A stretch of 64,000 bases of DNA from positions 21,403,045-21,467,044 of the forward strand of contig CM119264.1 in NCBI GenBank assembly GCA_051294375.1, written 5' to 3'. The notes beneath the pieces are model-generated. The model was not told where the DNA came from, did not search any database, and saw only the letters and a program-made list of their open reading frames with translations. Made by a program: the position numbers and the translations under genes. The DNA comes from Paraspadella gotoi. Lineage: Eukaryota; Animalia; Chaetognatha. Positions 1 through 13,093 of this stretch are shown here, in pieces; positions within the stretch are counted from its first letter, which is position 1; each line of letters begins with the position of its first letter.

Positions 1-2
1 TA

Positions 3-134
3 GCGCCGGTAGGAGCGCCCGCTTTGGAACCGCCGACGGACCCGGCGCGGCGAGAGAGGTTCTACGCCGACGTTGGGAATTTGCAGCGCTGGATGGCGCA
101 AGATGATGCGAGGCTCGTCAGTGACGTTCTTTGA
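3..134 (+). CDS. Putative 3'-terminal exon of a gene entering from the left edge; product unknown
   Basis: GC-rich open frame APVGAPALEPPTDPARRERFYADVGNLQRWMAQDDARLVSDVL ends in TGA (132-134). An abrupt switch to AT-rich sequence follows, with AATAAA at 248 and 267. No family recognised. Confidence 0.4.
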   Translation, partial: APVGAPALEPPTDPARRERFYADVGNLQRWMAQDDARLVSDVL

Positions 135-1205
135 ATCTTCTTTTGCTTCTAAATTTTCTTTTCTTCGCGGAAACAGGCAAAAAACAACTAGCGTAAGCTT
201 TCCAAATATCGCTTTTCGGGGATAATACAACATTTTTCATGGTTACGAATAAAAAGATATTTTAAGAATAAATTATAGGTATTTTACAAAGGTCTTTTAT
301 TTTATTATTGAATGTGCCAATAATTAAACCCAAATATGTTTTTATGGTTCATTACTTTGCTTGCAATCAATGTGATATCAATCAAAATTCGTATGCACCT
401 AGTCCTTAAAATTTGTCATTATGAAACAAAAGCTAATTCCTTTTGATTAAAATTACAGTTTGCTATAATTTTCTAAGAATATATGATTAAAATTTTAACG
501 TAAATATGTTTGCATTGCAGTGCAGAATGGAAATCAATATATTTCTAAGAATAAAATTTGGTATTACTCATCTTTGTATTGTTGCGATCGCTCCATGATT
601 ATCTGTCGACGAAGGAGTACGTGAATTAAAAACTAAAAAAATAATCGAAAGCAAAAATGCCAAAACCAGCTAATTATCAAATTTTAAAAACAATCGCATG
701 GTAATAATAATTGGATCGAGCTTGAGAAATAGAAATGATGAAAAGTTAAACCTCGAGGGAAAAAAGAGAAATGAGATCAGGAAGGAAAATAATGGGGTAA
801 AAAAATGTTTCGCGAAACCTCAAAACGGGTTTGAGAATGTTCACCGGTTTATCCTATAGTATTACTTGAGAATAAATTATCATTTTGACCGAGGTACGAG
901 GTAGTAAGATAGCACTTTAAAAAACTATATTTCATAGAGATATTTTTTTTTAGATGATTGATATTAATGTGGTTAAGTTAAAAATATAGTTCGTACGTCT
1001 CTTTCGACAACTGCAAAAACGCTCACGAGATCGATCATTTTTTGTAAGGGGAAGAAAAAGAGAAATTTTTAGCTCGGGTTAACGTCCTCCGAAGTTTGAA
1101 GAAGTTGGAAGTCGACGATAAGAAGTAGAAAACTATTGAACTGCTTACCGCAAAATTGAACAAAAATAAAGTAAAAGACAGGTAACATTATCTAAAAATT
1201 TTGCA

Positions 1206-1244
<39 letters not shown>

Positions 1245-1330
1245 ACGCGGTTTTTTTTCTTGTTCCAATTCATTTCCACCCACGCGATTCTTTCTTCATC
1301 TTCTCATATCTTATCTTAATTTTTTGTCTG

Positions 1331-1401
<71 letters not shown>

Positions 1402-2014
1402 ATCTCAAAACCCCCTCTTCTACATGCCACAACCCACCTTCATTTCTCCTCTTCATCATTCAATTTCTCTTCGATCGTTTTTTTCTCTTAACCCCTCCCC
1501 CCTCTCCTCTCCCTCGACGGTCTTTCATTAAACATTCAGACTCCATTTAATTCGCTACCAAGTTGGCAACTGTGCAACAAACCAGACCCGAGACGAGAAG
1601 GAGAGCGGATGGGCGGAGGGCGGTGGGGGGGGGGAAGGGGTGAGAGAGCGCGCGGAATGGCCCGATGATGATGGGGACGATTGATATAATTCGTGGCGAT
1701 GATGATCATGATGATAGATGATGATGATGATGATGATGATGGATAGATGATGATGATGGAGACTCGTGCGGCGGTTGACAATGTGAAAGATGTTTAACTA
1801 ATACCGATTGTTTTTGATGACGCTGATGATATCAATTATAATGAAAAAGTCGATAAAAATAGTGAAATTCATGATACTTTTTGTCGTGCATTATTTTTTG
1901 ACACTCAAAGTGAAAAACATGATCGGCTTGAAGCAAAAATCAAAACACAATAAAAAACGTACTTGAGGTTAAGATACGTTTTCACCGAGAGAACCACTAA
2001 GACCTGGGGTGTTG

Positions 2015-2046
<32 letters not shown>

Positions 2047-2504
2047 TGAAGGCAACGCAAGTAATCAAGCCAACAAGACAACACAGAAGAAAACATACAT
2101 GATCATCAGAGGAAACGATTTTTAAAACGAAAATGATAACATTAGTTAATTTCAAAAACAATTAATGATTAGGATCTCAGTTTGTGAAAAAATTTGAAAA
2201 TATATTTGGTAAAAACGATGATAAGGCGATAAAAAAGAAAACCCCTTATGCTAATGCGGAAGACGAAGAAGTGGATGACAAAGACGACAATCATGAAACA
2301 GTTGATAATGACAGCGAGGTCGCCGACCAAAACGGCGACGACGGCGACGACGGCGACGACGACGACGACGCCGACGCCTGCGACCATAAAAATGACGACA
2401 GGCGTCGCGAACGAGGAGCTGAATACGATCGAGAGGAAAACTCAGAAGACATCGTTAGGGCGAAATCAATTTGACTTTTTCCCCCGCGAATCTTTTTTCA
2501 TTCA

Positions 2505-2606
<102 letters not shown>

Positions 2607-3387
2607 CTACCCCCGCTAGAAATAGTTCCGAATTTCTTTCTCCCAATATAACTGGAGGGCTTTTTCGCGGGAAAAGGATGGAAAACGATTCCACATCTTC
2701 CAATGCAAACGGGTGAGTAGTCTATAATCTTTGCAAGTCTTTTCAAGTCTGTACCAGTTGAGCGATTACTCGCGGAGCAACTGTTACTGTCGGTCGGTCG
2801 GTCGGTTGGTATCTCAGTCCGTCGGTCTGTCCCACTTATGTTAAAAATGCTCATAACTCGCCCATAGTTATTTGCTTATTTGTTAAGAAAAAAGGGAAAA
2901 ATCCTTTTTAAGTGACTGCGAACGCTGCCATCAAGAAATACTAGAGAATAAAAGACGAAATTCCGAGGCACCGTGTGTAATAAATACATAATAAATACAC
3001 AAGCTCAGAAGGTTATTGTAGTCATGTTGTCATGTAATATCACTTCATGTCACGTTAGGTCATATCATGTCACGAGAAATACACGTGAAAATAAAGTTAC
3101 TGCGGCGCAACACTAAAGTTTTTTTTTTCAATATTGTAAATTCTGAGTACATCAAAAACCTTTTCTTGCACCATACATTCATCATAGATTGATTTATGTG
3201 CAAGTGTCAGGGACTAATCGAGAATCTTTTTTTTAATTTTATTTATTTTTGTTTTGATTAGAGAATCAAAAAAAATTATTTTTTGGCCATTTTTTTCGTT
3301 AACCTTAAATGAAAGTAAAATATTTATCTTTATATAAACATATTTTTATATTATATATATTATTATATATATATTATATATATATTA

Positions 3388-3925
3388 GGGTGAAGTGAAA
3401 GTTTGGAATTGAAAACTATCATATTAGTGAATACTAATCTGTAGTTATTTTTTTTTACAAATATAGTAGCCCAGTCAGCTTATTTGTATATAGTACTACC
3501 CTTATAAAATGTCAAAATTTTAAAATGTTTTTTTTAATTCTGAGAACAGATTCAGATTCCTCGTTAAAAGTTGATATAAGAAATATAAATCTTTTTTCAA
3601 AAAATTATGTCATTAAGTAGGTTAAATTACAAAAAACTATATTTTTAAGCTGGAAATTTAAAATCGGTGTCTTAAATATAGTTTTTTACATTTTTGACTT
3701 TTATCAACTTTTTGCAAGGAATCAAAATCCGATCTTAAAATTAGAAAATTTACATTTTAAAATTTTAGCCTATTATATACTTATTACTATATATAAACAT
3801 AGCTCACTGGTGCCAACTAATGTATAAAATTAAAAAATAAATTTACCAAAGTATTTTTAATGGTTTTTATGTTCATGTTTAATATGCTAAATTTTTATTT
3901 TTTAAAATTTTATCATTTAATATCT
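3388..3925. mobile_element. MITE family C (Kolobok-like), degenerate copy
   Basis: Starts GGGTGAAGTGAAAG, similar to the terminus of 39105-39711. Internally palindromic. Its left about 150 bp match the reverse complement of 12000-12159. Confidence 0.55.
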
Positions 3926-4166
3926 AATATATACATATTATTTATATAAATATATTTTTATATTATATATATTATTATTATATATATTATTATATATATT
4001 TTGTGCATAATAATAATAAAAGTTTTGATCTTCCATATTTGGTTTAATGTTTTTAAAATAAATGACTAAATAAATAAACAAATAGCAAAAACAATTTTGC
4101 CCCAAACTCGAAATTCTCCCCTCGTACATAAAAGGAAGAGGCTTTTCCTGACATCTTCGATATTCT

Positions 4167-4293
<127 letters not shown>

Positions 4294-5700
4294 GTGGATT
4301 TCTTCCACGCCACCCGATGGCCCCAATCACCAGCGTAGTAACCTCTCCTCAGGTTCTCTCTCTTCCAAAGAGGTTACCACAATACGACGTCGACACCACC
4401 TTGCCATGGTGACCTTTTCATTTTTTTTCCGCAATGGCGTCACATCCTTCTTTTTTTTAAATTTTGATTCTAAAATTCTAAAATTTATATTTTAAGTATT
4501 TGTCTCTCTCGGAGTCTCTCCATAAAGAAATCTACTGTGATAGTAAAAAAATTACCATAGACAAAACGGTTTTTGATACAGGCATATGTTAAAATATCAT
4601 ATATTGTTTTGCTCCTCACCCTATGAATTTCATAACGAAAAATTAATTAACGCAGTAATTTCACTCTTTCCAATTTCGCCATCTTCCAACTTCACGAGCC
4701 CAACTTCATCATCGCCACGACCATCACTCTGTGAGCCCCGCCATCAACTTATCCGTGGCGTTGGTAACTAGTAGAGGTTACGACATCTGTGACGTTACTG
4801 CGCCTATGACCAAAGGCAAACTGACTAAGCAAAATCAATCAAATATCAACCGCGCCAAATTCTTATTCTTAACAACAAGTAAATGTCATGTTATCAATAA
4901 CATAGCCTGTCCAAGGTCAGGGACAAGATAGCTTAGCTATTAAACGAGTGGATAATTTTGCATTGGTTGTACCAATTACATAAATTGTACCCATCGAACC
5001 AACGTTCCCTGCAAAACTATAAATTAAGCCAACACGGTGCGACATTGTGCGACAACCATCCTCCTATCTATCGTTTCCTATAGCGTCGCTGTCTGCGTCG
5101 AAGTCGACAAAGCGGCCGACAAGGCGGCCGACATGTCGGCCGACAAGGCAGCCGACGCGCTGGCAAATGGTTTTGATCCCCCGACGCCATAAATCTCGAT
5201 CGCGGTTTCCGGTTGGACGCGGGGAAGGTTTACGGACGCGACGAGTCTTCGTCCGTCGCGACGGGGAATGTCCGAGTTTGGGGTCCAAGGGTGAAAGATG
5301 GAAACCAGAACCAAAGGAAAGAGGGATCCATTGTTTAGCTTGTCAATTTTTTTTTTAAGACTTAACTTACTACCGGAGCATACTACATACATGAACAGTG
5401 TCAATAAAATACTTTCGCAGGCAACTTTTTTTAATATATTTTTTTTTTAAAAACATCAAACGACAGTGGGCAGAGAGAGAAGAAGCCGGTAGTTTCGTCG
5501 TTTACGCGTTTGAAAAATCAAAATCGAGTAAAAGGATTTCCTTGAGAAGAGAGCTCTCTGCTCCTGTCTCTTGACTCTTCTGCTTTTTACATTTCAGTCA
5601 CATCAACTTTTAATATATATGTCATGAAGTGAATGGCTCAAGACTCGACAGGCTTCATGTCTTGATAATTTAAAGTAAGTGATAATAATTTTCCAATTTA

Positions 5701-8700
5701 CCCCGTGTCCGTTCGTAATTGACACCAAATAAATCATTACTATACTTTAAATATTTAATAAACATAATTCATAAGTATATCATTAGTTGGAGAACTACTT
5801 GACGTTTTTTATGTATAAGTTTCATTTCGTGTTTAATTTATTTACTATTCTTTGTTTAAATTTTTATCTAACACACTAAAATTGGCAAAAAAAGACCATT
5901 TTAGGCGTGTTCTTGATTGAATTTTAAAAAACATTTATATGATAAGAAACCCCTATTACTGGTCTAATTAATGGCGTTTCTCAATTATCGTAATGTTGAG
6001 TAGTTTTTGAGTAATGTTTTTTTTATTTATTTTTCTAATTGTAAATCTTAATTTTTCTTTATACAATTGGTCCAATTAGGAAAAAATGCTGTCCTGAGCA
6101 TGTTCTTGGCAGTTTTTAATCATTATTTCATATCGTAAGGATTCCCAGATAATTATTAATTTAATTATAAAATGAATTTTAATAATTTTAAGTATTTAAT
6201 GAGTAATTAATTTAAAATGATTTTTTTTAAAAAAAGATTTAGTTTTTACTGAAGATGAAATTGGACGACCATTAAAGAAAATTTGTTTTACAAAAGTAAA
6301 TATCAAATTAATCATAAAATATCATAAACGTCAAGTACTTTGCTACAGAATGAGGAAAAAAAATTTAAAAATATTTATTAGAGCTCTCAGAAATATAATA
6401 CATTTATGAAAGTTCCTGATACCTGCAAAGTTTCTGGTGCCAAATTTAGTGGAGAAAACGAATATCACAATAAAAAATTTTCCTGGATGCTCATTATCGA
6501 TTTTCCACGCCAGTTTTTGCGCCGAACCACTTCCGGTTTTAAAAATTCTGGATTTTTGGAAACAAATAAGCTGTAATTCAGCTTACTTAAATTAATCAAA
6601 ATAAAGTTAACAGTAACCTTAATATTACATTTTTGGTTTTGGTTTATAAATAAGGTTATAACAAGTTTGAGGAAATAATGTCGGATCTGCCCACGATCAT
6701 TATCGGTAATTATTTAATTAATTAATTAATAATTATATAATTATTTAATTAATTAATAATTAATTTATTCAAGTTAATTATTTAATTAATTATGCAATTA
6801 TGCAATTAATTTGATCCAAAATGTTTTGTTTGATTGATTAATTAACTGATTAATTAATTATTGATTAATTAATTGACTAATTGAATAATTAATTAATTAT
6901 TTGATTAATTAATACATCTTGCATTTACATTTAAAATAAAAAGAAAAAATGCATAATCAATTATGAACAATAGGTGTTCAAATAGTGAAATATATTTTTT
7001 TGTTTTTCCATTTAACTACATTTCCACTCAAACGATTCCATCGAAACTTGATTTCCAGTTTAATCACACACTTTTCCACCCAAATACAAAATTCAAGTCA
7101 ATCGCCCCACACTCATGAGTAATTGGTGTTCAAATAGTGAAATATATTTTTTGTTTTTTCCATTTAAACTCATTACACTCGACGATTCCATCGAAAACTT
7201 CATATCCAGCTCAATCACACACTCCTACCCACACACAAAATTTCATTCCAATCCATCCATCCAATCACGAGTATTAGTGTTTTTTGCTAAGGTGGGACGG
7301 ACGGATGGACGGACGGTCGGATGGACAGACGGACGGACGGATAGACAGATGGACAGACGGACATCGTTTTTTTGCATAATTTATCATAATTCGATGTTCT
7401 GATATGATATAAGTGAATGCCCGACAAGATTGAGGGGGCGGACCGAAGGACCGACAAAGTGAATTATAGAGTCGGGATCTGCTGAAAGCAGATCCGACTA
7501 AAAATATTATTACAAAAGGCTTCAAGTTAAAAATTAAAATTGTTTTAATCCAAATTGGCCCTGACCAAATTACTCCACTAATTTTAATAAAATTTTACTA
7601 TCTGGTTAAACAAATAGAACTGTTTAAGGGATTTTAAATCTTTAATCTTTAAACCAAGATATTGGCGTTTAAAAAGTTTACCAAGTGATACAAAAAGAAA
7701 GTAGATGGAAGGCGACTTAGCCTTTGCAGCTAGTAAGCCTCTCACTCAACCCTAACCCTAAACCGGGCCCTAAACAAAACCTTAATCTTTATCAGTTTCC
7801 CTGGTTTGGGATATCTAACCTAATCCTAACGTGGGCTTCTTGTCTCTCCCCAAGCCAGTTTCCCTGGCTGGTGACATCTGCAGAGAGCCACTTCCTTAGC
7901 CCTAACCCTAACCTAGGCCTCCTGTTTTATATCATGCCAGAACCCTAACCCTGCATCACTCCAGAGCCTCTTCACCAACCCTCACCTCAGCCTGAGGTTC
8001 ACCTCTGAGCATCCCTGCATCCCTGTATCCCGGCCATCAATAAGGCCAATCTTTAATCCTTAATTTCCTTCCCCAGTACCTTCCCTAACCCTAACCCAAG
8101 CTTCCTGTCCTCAGACTGTCCTGAGACTGTTCAAATTGAAAAATTGCAATACTTAATCATGGCAACCTGGCCAAATGATAATTTTGCTGTTAGCTTGCTT
8201 AGAAAGGCTTGTACTGGGAACATTAAGATTAGGGTTGAGGCTTGCAAATGAATAAAAGGCGTGGGCTAAGGTTTAGGTTGGGGGAGAGGTTTAGAGTTGA
8301 GTGGGAGGCTTGCTAGCCACAAAGACCAGGGCGCCTTCTATCTAATTCGCTACTTTCTTTTTTCATCATTTGGCAAACCTTTAAAGGCCAATATCTTGGC
8401 TTAAGGATTAAATATTTAAAATCACTTAGAGAGTTTTATTTGTATAACCAAATCATAATTTCTTATAAAATCTTATTAGAATTTGTAGAGTAATTTGGTC
8501 AGGGACGATTTGGCTTAAAAAAACTAATAATTTCTATTTTGAAGTCTTTCTTAATAATAATTTTTTAACCTTATTATAAACCACAACAAAAAATTTAGTA
8601 ATAATTTTGATTAATTTTATTTTGCAGGCTGAATAACAGATAATTTTTTTCCAAAAATCATGATTTTTTTAATACCCTAAGTGGTATGACGCAAAAACTG

Positions 8701-8817
8701 GCGTGGAAAATCCATTAAGAGCATTCAGGGAAATTTGTTATTGTGGTATTCGTTTTCTCCACTAAATTTGGCACAAGAAACTTTGCAGGTATCAGGAACT
8801 TTCAAAAATGCACGGGG
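5701..8817. mobile_element. Foldback-type non-autonomous DNA element with long imperfect inverted arms and CCCTAA-rich interior, carrying nested insertions
   Basis: 6401-6659 plus 7501-7765 is the reverse complement of about 8270-8810 (e.g. GAAAGTTCCTGATACCTGCAAAGTTTC / GAAACTTTGCAGGTATCAGGAACTTTC). CCCCGTG at 5701 matches terminal CACGGGG at 8811-8817; the left boundary is inferred. Confidence 0.7.
6660..7503 (-). mobile_element. HINE/DINE-1-like non-autonomous Helentron, family A
   Basis: AACAAG end; subterminal IRs GTCGGATCTGC (6680-6690) and GCAGATCCGAC (7488-7498); terminal hairpin GTCGGGATCTGC-TGAAA-GCAGATCCGAC; (GGAC)n microsatellite at 7295-7362; internal repeats of about 150 bp. Inserted in an A/T run with no TSD, and the empty site is visible in the opposite foldback arm. 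Confidence 0.8.
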
Positions 8818-9407
8818 TTTATCACAGAATATTTTTGGCGTTATTTTTTTTCTTTTGAGTGATACCCTCTATCTCGACGGAGACTTTTTTTCCTAATATC
8901 GTCTCCCCATTCCGCTCACTTCCCTCATTTTAATTCTCGAATATTTTAAGAGGTATTGACAGACGCGCGGCGCGGCGTCAACAGCGAAAGCCACATCACA
9001 ATCACATCAGACATCACATCAGACATCACATCACATTCACAAACGCGAATTGCGAGTCCCTACTTTTTTTTCGAAAACCGATGCGTTGATTCATTGCTAC
9101 TTTTAATAGTTTGCTAATACTATTAACAAATTTTTACACCTAAACTTTTTACACTACCTAAACTCATAATCAAATTGATGACGTATTGTTTATTTACGTA
9201 AATTAAGCTCAAAAGTTTTTCGAGGTCGAATTTTCATTCCTTAAAGTTTTGAAAGAGAATTTGAATGAAAACATCCGACTCTAACTTACTTTTTGTTCCC
9301 GCTTTGACAGACGTCCTTCACTTTTCAACTTCCCCTTTCTTAAATTGAGTGTCTGTTGAAAAAGTTGTGTGGTAAACAGAGTGAAAAAGAGGGAAAGAAA
9401 AAAAATC

Positions 9408-9463
<56 letters not shown>

Positions 9464-9651
9464 TGAAATATTGAAAGCAAAAGTGAGGCCTTTAAAAGCT
9501 ACGTTTTTGAGAAATTATTACTCATTTCATATAATAACAAGAACTGATGTATTCTACTATTCTTCTAGTTTACAGATTGTATGCGCTCTTTCTAATTCGC
9601 AATTTACACATTTACTCTTGTCAGAAACTCGGTCCCAACCCAAAATTTCTA

Positions 9652-9950
9652 TTAGAAAAATGTTAGTATAAACAGTGTTTGTAGCAATGCGATCGATGAT
9701 ACAAATAATGAGTTTGTAAAAATAATACGTTTTAATGTACGGGCTGAAATATTACGTATATAGTCAGAGAGTGGAATCATACTGGCCGCGTCTAAAGCAA
9801 TATCTATATCAATATGTACAGGGAGTTTATGAAATATTTTAATAGCACGTAGTTGTAGTTTGTCAAATTTTTCCAAGTGGTATTTACCAGCAGTTAGAAA
9901 ACAGGGAGATGAGTATAAAAATAATGATACCACAAGAGATGAAAATAAAT
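9652..9950 (-). mobile_element. 5'-truncated non-LTR retrotransposon (Jockey/I-like) ORF2 C-terminal fragment
   Basis: Translation SLVVSLFLYSSPCFLTAGKYHLEKFDKLQLRAIKIFHKLPVHID...IPLSDYI fits the post-RT pattern Y(G/S)SPxW/F...KLxxLQxxAIxxIxxxP...IxxLxDYI of LINE ORF2. Recognised by eye. Confidence 0.6.
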
Positions 9951-9969
9951 GGTGAACAAGAGAACAAGT

Positions 9970-10052
<83 letters not shown>

Positions 10053-11670
10053 CTCGCAATAAACTGAAAAATACTGTTTAGAAAATATTTTCAACATAAC
10101 AACAGTTAACCCGGTAATTATCGGGTATATATATTTTTTATCGGTAAACGCTTTACTTTTTTTAGTTGCCTAATGGGAAAATGAAAGGCTCTGGCCGTCT
10201 TTTTTTTCTTCGCAAATCGAAGGCGAAAAGGAAAATGGGCCGAAATCTCAACCCAAGTTTACTCGGTTTTCCCTAGATTTGGTGAAGTCAGGGTGATGGG
10301 TCATAGATCTCGGAATAAAGTGACATTGTGAGACCATGCGTCGTTTTAAACTAAAGCCAATTACGTATATATATATATTTTTTTTTATTAATTTATCTAC
10401 CAACCGTTCATCAGCGGCCATTGGTGCCGGAGGCAAGTCATTCGCCTCCCAACCCGGGCGTCCGGGGTTCTGGCCCGGTGGTCGCCTGACAGTTGAAAGG
10501 GACGGGGCGCTTAACCCGCCTATAAAACGGTGTTACAGCCAGATCCGAAGCTCAGGGACTGCTTATATTAAAAACGGTTTGTGTGTGTCTGTGTATGTGA
10601 GAGAGAGAGAGAGGGAGAGAGAGAGACGACAGAATTTGAGCAAGAAAAATGTCGGATGCCCGGAAATAAGAAGAGAGACAACAAACCGGATCAAACTTTG
10701 GTTCACATCAGTCAAAGAACAACCAGTGATAGAAAGATGAAAAAAAGGGAAAGCGAATGACGCAATGACTCTGAAGATCGAATATCTAGACGGAGGCGCG
10801 AAATTCGTTGAGAGAATTTTCGGGCGAGAGACGACGATTCGTCAGTGACAAGGAAATAGTCAACGTCACCCTCGTTTGTGGCGCGAATCCAGCCAGAGGG
10901 CGTTGTCAACGATCGAAGATAGTTGGAAGATGATGACAGAGATTGTGACATCTATCACAAAAGCGAATATCACGACTACGAGTATTAACAAGACGACGAC
11001 CAACGCAGAGGGCGACTATACGGCGTGCGACGAACTGTCTCGCGATAGGAAAAAAAAAAACAAACAAATTTTGGTAACAGTGTTGAGCGAGGTTTATATC
11101 GAATGGCACTCTTGACAATTTTGGAAAAAAGTCAGATCTTATGACCATTTAAAGTTTTTTCCATCTACTTTTATTACAAAATAATTTTTAGAGGATTTTT
11201 GCCAAATATTTATGATTGGTGTCAGGTGACTAACTGCAAACGACCTCAAAGTCATCGTCTATCGTGTCGCTCACCCCATTCATTTTTCGGTCGATGCTCC
11301 CGCGATGATTGGGCTTCCTCTAACGTTTTTGCTCGCACCCTCTATCTCTCGCCATTTTCTATGAATCGCCGACTTTGGTTGAAATACTAATAAATATTAT
11401 TAAATAAATATATCGTAAATAGTACCACGAGCTTACAATTTTTTTATTCTTCGAAATAAAAGAAAGACATACTTCCAATATCCTTTTTCATAAAATCTGA
11501 ATTTTTCACTGGAATTACTCACAAACTAAACATAACTAAATATTTTTCTCCATATCTGATTGCGAAGAATGAAATCTGAAAAAATAATAAATATGCATCT
11601 AGTGAAGCTAATACTGTTAAAAGAAAATAAAAAAACGAGCAAAAAAAAAATCCAGCCTTGATTTCAAGTT

Positions 11671-11973
11671 TCAACCCAAACAGGGCCCCAATTCGCTGAT
11701 CCACATTCTTAAATGGGATATGCCTGTCGACGATTGTTGGGTCTGGGCATTCTTCATTTTTGTCATTTCCAGCGCGTAGCATGAAAAACTCGCCCTGGCT
11801 GAATTAGGAACTACGCCAACGTGGTCTTGATTACAATCGAGCCACTCGACGTTGTGCTGGGTCATTATTTGTTGCCATTTGGATTCTTCGTTGCAATTCG
11901 CATCGGACGAACCGAGCAGACGGTAGAAGGAGGGCTCCCGAAGTAGCGGATTGTATTTGCATTGAGGTTCAGG
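11671..11973 (-). CDS. Putative terminal exon, Cys/Trp-containing domain resembling the C-terminal part of an F5/8-type (discoidin-like) fold
   Basis: Acceptor GCTTTTAAG| precedes 100 open codons PEPQCKYNPLLREPSFYRLLGSSDANCNEESKWQQIMTQHNVEWLDCNQDHVGVVPNSARASFSCYALEMTKMKNAQTQQSSTGISHLRMWISELGPCLG-TGA. Minus-strand AATAAA lies near 11443. The domain call is inference. Confidence 0.55.
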   Translation of the reverse strand, partial: PEPQCKYNPLLREPSFYRLLGSSDANCNEESKWQQIMTQHNVEWLDCNQDHVGVVPNSARASFSCYALEMTKMKNAQTQQSSTGISHLRMWISELGPCLG

Positions 11974-11999
11974 CTTAAAAGCAACTTTTAAAAAAACTA

Positions 12000-12159
12000 T
12001 TTTGAATTTTTGACATTATATAAGGGTAATACTATATACAAAATAAGCTGACTGGGCTACTATATTTGTAAAAAAAATAATTATAGATTAGTATTCACTA
12101 ATATGATACTTTTCAAGATATAACTGCTAAATTTTAATTCCATACTTTCACTTCACCCT
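12000..12159 (-). mobile_element. MITE family C terminal fragment
   Basis: Reverse complement of 3388-3530, ending ACTTTCACTTCACCC. Confidence 0.7.
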
Positions 12160-12198
12160 ATTGAACAAGCCTTATTCAATTAGTCAGTTTAAAATTTA

Positions 12199-12280
12199 TT
12201 TAAAGTCAACAACGATTTTATCTATTCGTTGTTGACTTTAAAAACCCTTTCGCTTTTTCACTTACGCAACGAAAAGAAAG
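12199..12280 (+). mobile_element. Degraded Penelope-like pLTR remnant
   Basis: 17-bp inverted repeat TTTAAAGTCAACAACGA/TCGTTGTTGACTTTAAA is followed by CAACGAAAAGAAAG, the tail shared with the 46.8 and 59.9 kb insertions. Confidence 0.45.
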
Positions 12281-12996
12281 AAATAAAAACACAATTTGTT
12301 TAATTGAAAGAATTTACTTCCAAACTCAAAATACCGTAGTGCGACAGTGTCACTAGATGCCTGTTTGCTTTCGTATTATCTTTTATGCATATGTGTCTCT
12401 CGTTCTTACTCTCTCTTACTCTCTCCCGTTCTCTGTATATATATCAAGTTTCATTGCGTTCAATCGATTTTCCCTCTTTACTTTTTTTTTCTTGCTTTAT
12501 GAACTACGTAAATTAAAAAACAATTGTAAACATGTTTTTTTTATTTATAAACACCACAATTTTTGTAAAATAAAATTATTGTTTTTTTTATCTGAATTAT
12601 AAGAATCAAGAAAATTCGCCAGTAAAAAAATTATACATTTTAGAAATGGGCTTTTCAGAAGAAGCAACTCGCCGCCTTTGACTCTCACTCCGCGATTCCG
12701 ATGCTCGACTTCCGGAGCCGATCGGACCATCCCTCTCACAGTCTTAAAAGATCTCGAGGTCAGGGCACGCGCGTGCGGTCTGGCCTCCGTATCGATCCCA
12801 GTTGGCGCTTCCTCGCTTAATTTCCGGCGCGACGGAGAGCGAGAGGCCTCTTTTCCCTCTCTCGCGGTCTCGTGATTAAATTCCCTGGCTTAACGATTTC
12901 ACTGAAATCGCGAGTTCGCGAGCGCGAAGGGAATTTGTGGTAGTGTGATTAACGATGATGATTAAGAGACGCGCCGCGTGAACGTGAGAGGAGAGT

Positions 12997-13093
<97 letters not shown>

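Noticed and set aside
2184-2474. Acidic 96-aa ORF
   Set aside because: Built around (GAC/GGC)n repeats, has a non-ATG start and lacks convincing splice context.
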